NCBI GenBank assembly: GCA_965226055.1 | Contig: CBDDCA010000006.1 | Span: forward strand, 832,001 to 896,000 | DNA length: 64,000 nucleotides | Direction: 5' to 3' | Source: Spirochaetia bacterium | Lineage (GTDB): Bacteria; Spirochaetota; Spirochaetia; WTKD01; G963693115 | In this document: positions 62,233-64,000 of the stretch, one piece after another | Layout: every line of letters starts with the position of its first letter | Position numbering within the stretch: the stretch's first letter is position 1 | Notes under the pieces: generated by a model | Told to the model about the DNA's origin: nothing | What the model saw: the letters and a program-made list of their open reading frames with translations, nothing else | Database searches by the model: none | Position numbers and translations under genes: made by a program

Positions 62233-62661
62233 TTATTGGGTATTGGATACTCTTTGATACCAATCTCTAATGGCTGTTGCTGCTGGTTCATCTCCATTGT
62301 CACATATGGCTAATGTTCCTCGAATTATTGTAGCAGAAAAACTTTCCATAGGAATATTAAAATCATAGCGATCTTGCATGTCCAATACTTTCACTGCTCT
62401 TCGCTCTTCAAACCAGTCCAATCTATTTTCATCATGGGTATCTTCTTTACATTCATAGCCTCCTACTACTTCAACGAGTGCTATAGGTTCTGATCCCCTT
62501 CTTATTGCAACTATATCACCTTTTTTCATTGTTCTTCGAAAATCTCGTACAATTTGTTCACTCTGATGTGAAAAACCAATGACTGAATGTGTTTTTAATA
62601 ACTCTCTTTCTCTTTCCCAGTATGGTTCATCAGGGTGTAATTGCATATGCCAAAAATTCAT
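62233..62661 (-). CDS. Hypothetical protein, possibly an EVE/PUA-like domain
   Basis: SD GGAGG; FWHMQLHP..., MKKGDIVAIR..PIALVEV, WF..RR.V pattern. Confidence 0.6.
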   Translation of the reverse strand: MNFWHMQLHPDEPYWERERELLKTHSVIGFSHQSEQIVRDFRRTMKKGDIVAIRRGSEPIALVEVVGGYECKEDTHDENRLDWFEERRAVKVLDMQDRYDFNIPMESFSATIIRGTLAICDNGDEPAATAIRDWYQRVSNTQ

Positions 62662-62805
62662 AATTCCTCCTAATTACTGTAATGTTCTTATATACAGTAT
62701 ACAATTATTTTGTAATTTGTAGAAACACTAAAATACTATTTTTTGTATAATAAGAGATTATGTATATGTATAAAGAGGCAATATAATGAAAGTAAGGAGT
62801 TTTAT

Positions 62806-64000
62806 ATGATGTCAAAAGTACGAAATAAGAATATGAAAAATTTTCTTGTTTTAGCATGTGTAATATATATTATCTTTTTGATAGGATGTGAAGACAGTAC
62901 TAGTAGTACTGGTGGCAGTGGTACTACTCCTGTAGCTCCGTCTGTAGTTACATTATCAAATGTGCAGATACGCCCTAGTAGTAATGATGGGACATTGGAG
63001 CTCAAGTGGGACGCTTCTGCTGAAGCTACACAAGTGTTAGTGGTAGCAACTGCATCAGGACAACCGTCAATACAAGTACGTGTTCCCTCAGTAGAATATC
63101 AATCATTATTTCAACGGGGACAGTCATTTATGCTCAAAGGACTGCGATCGGTTACTCAGTATACTATAACACTTGAAGCTCAAAAGTCAGGATCAGAATC
63201 ATCAAAAGTGGTACAGCAAGTGGTAACGCAAAGAGATACCACTAAGCCTCAGGATGAACTGATGCAGGTAGCTATAAAAAAAATAGACGATGGTATACAG
63301 CTAACATGGGATGCTGAACAATTAAAAGCAGGGCTGACCGATATAGCGCAAGCAACAATAAGAATAAAAGAAAGCAGTACTGATAAAATGATAAAGGAAG
63401 TAGTGATATCAGATGTAAGTCAAGGAACATCAGATATATCAGTACTAACAGTGGAAGGCATGCACTATGATGTAGAGGTAATACATGAGGATATAAATGG
63501 AAATGTAAGCACGGCAAAAAAAGTATTATCAGATATAGATATAGCAAATGTAGTGAAAACAGTAACAGCTCTTACAGAAAAAGATCTTGTTATGGAAGCA
63601 AAGGATAAAAACAAGAATATAGCAGATGAAAGTTTGCTTATACAGTGGGGAAGTTTTGATTTTAGCAGTGGAAAGCAATTAAGCGTAAGAGTGAGTGAGG
63701 TGCTAACAAAGGCAGTAGTGCTTGATACAAAGGTGAGTAGCAGTAGTGATGCAACACTTACTACTGCAACAGCTAAGAGCAATGGGTATAGTACATTCTA
63801 TGTAGCAAAGGATGGAATAGCACTGACAAAGTTGTATGGTACACAAGAGTATAGAGTACAAGTAGCAGTGTTTAAGAATGGAGTGTACTCTACTACAGTA
63901 GAAAAGTTGCAAAAAACAACAGACAAGATAACAGAGCCAGTTCTGAGGCTGAGTGCAACAGGAGGAGAAAATAACATAATAGTAGGCTGGGAAGCTCCGC
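62806..64000 (+). CDS. Large surface lipoprotein, paralog of 39976-45624 (3' truncated by window; missing from the ORF track)
   Basis: SD AAGGAG; MMSKVRNKNMKNFLVLACVIYIIFLIGC lipobox; open to the window end; shares LKGLRS, PQD, AGL.D, LYGT..Y.V and KTTD..TEPV with the paralog. Confidence 0.88.
   Translation, partial: MMSKVRNKNMKNFLVLACVIYIIFLIGCEDSTSSTGGSGTTPVAPSVVTLSNVQIRPSSNDGTLELKWDASAEATQVLVVATASGQPSIQVRVPSVEYQSLFQRGQSFMLKGLRSVTQYTITLEAQKSGSESSKVVQQVVTQRDTTKPQDELMQVAIKKIDDGIQLTWDAEQLKAGLTDIAQATIRIKESSTDKMIKEVVISDVSQGTSDISVLTVEGMHYDVEVIHEDINGNVSTAKKVLSDIDIANVVKTVTALTEKDLVMEAKDKNKNIADESLLIQWGSFDFSSGKQLSVRVSEVLTKAVVLDTKVSSSSDATLTTATAKSNGYSTFYVAKDGIALTKLYGTQEYRVQVAVFKNGVYSTTVEKLQKTTDKITEPVLRLSATGGENNIIVGWEAP

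Noticed and set aside
62802-63912. Minus-strand ORFs at the window end
   Set aside because: Shadows of the truncated plus-strand lipoprotein starting at 62806

Overview
Low-GC bacterial chromosome segment, probably from a host-associated spirochaete (inference from the Borrelia-order mevalonate cluster, tRNA-Arg(GCG), stand-alone rpsD and groES, and orphan OppA-like proteins). Core genes (liv, arg, uvrB, nth, mevalonate pathway, cysK, aroA, fumC, ychF, trk, aroG, proAB) are interspersed with accessory elements: a decayed IS30-family element, a 2,460-aa DUF285/Ig surface lipoprotein behind a G14 tract that is currently out of frame, two paralogous FN3/Ig lipoproteins, a single-chain R-M gene, and an SDH/Clp-fold protease coupled to a three-repeat peptide. 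The most striking unexplained structure is a set of about nine IS30 inverted-repeat ends. All point at a gene start, and three sit exactly 18 nt upstream of a predicted -35 box. Also seen: many genes with a -10 box only 6-9 nt before the start codon (leaderless-type), a candidate sRNA divergent from groES, and unannotated small ORFs. All calls are by eye, without database searches.
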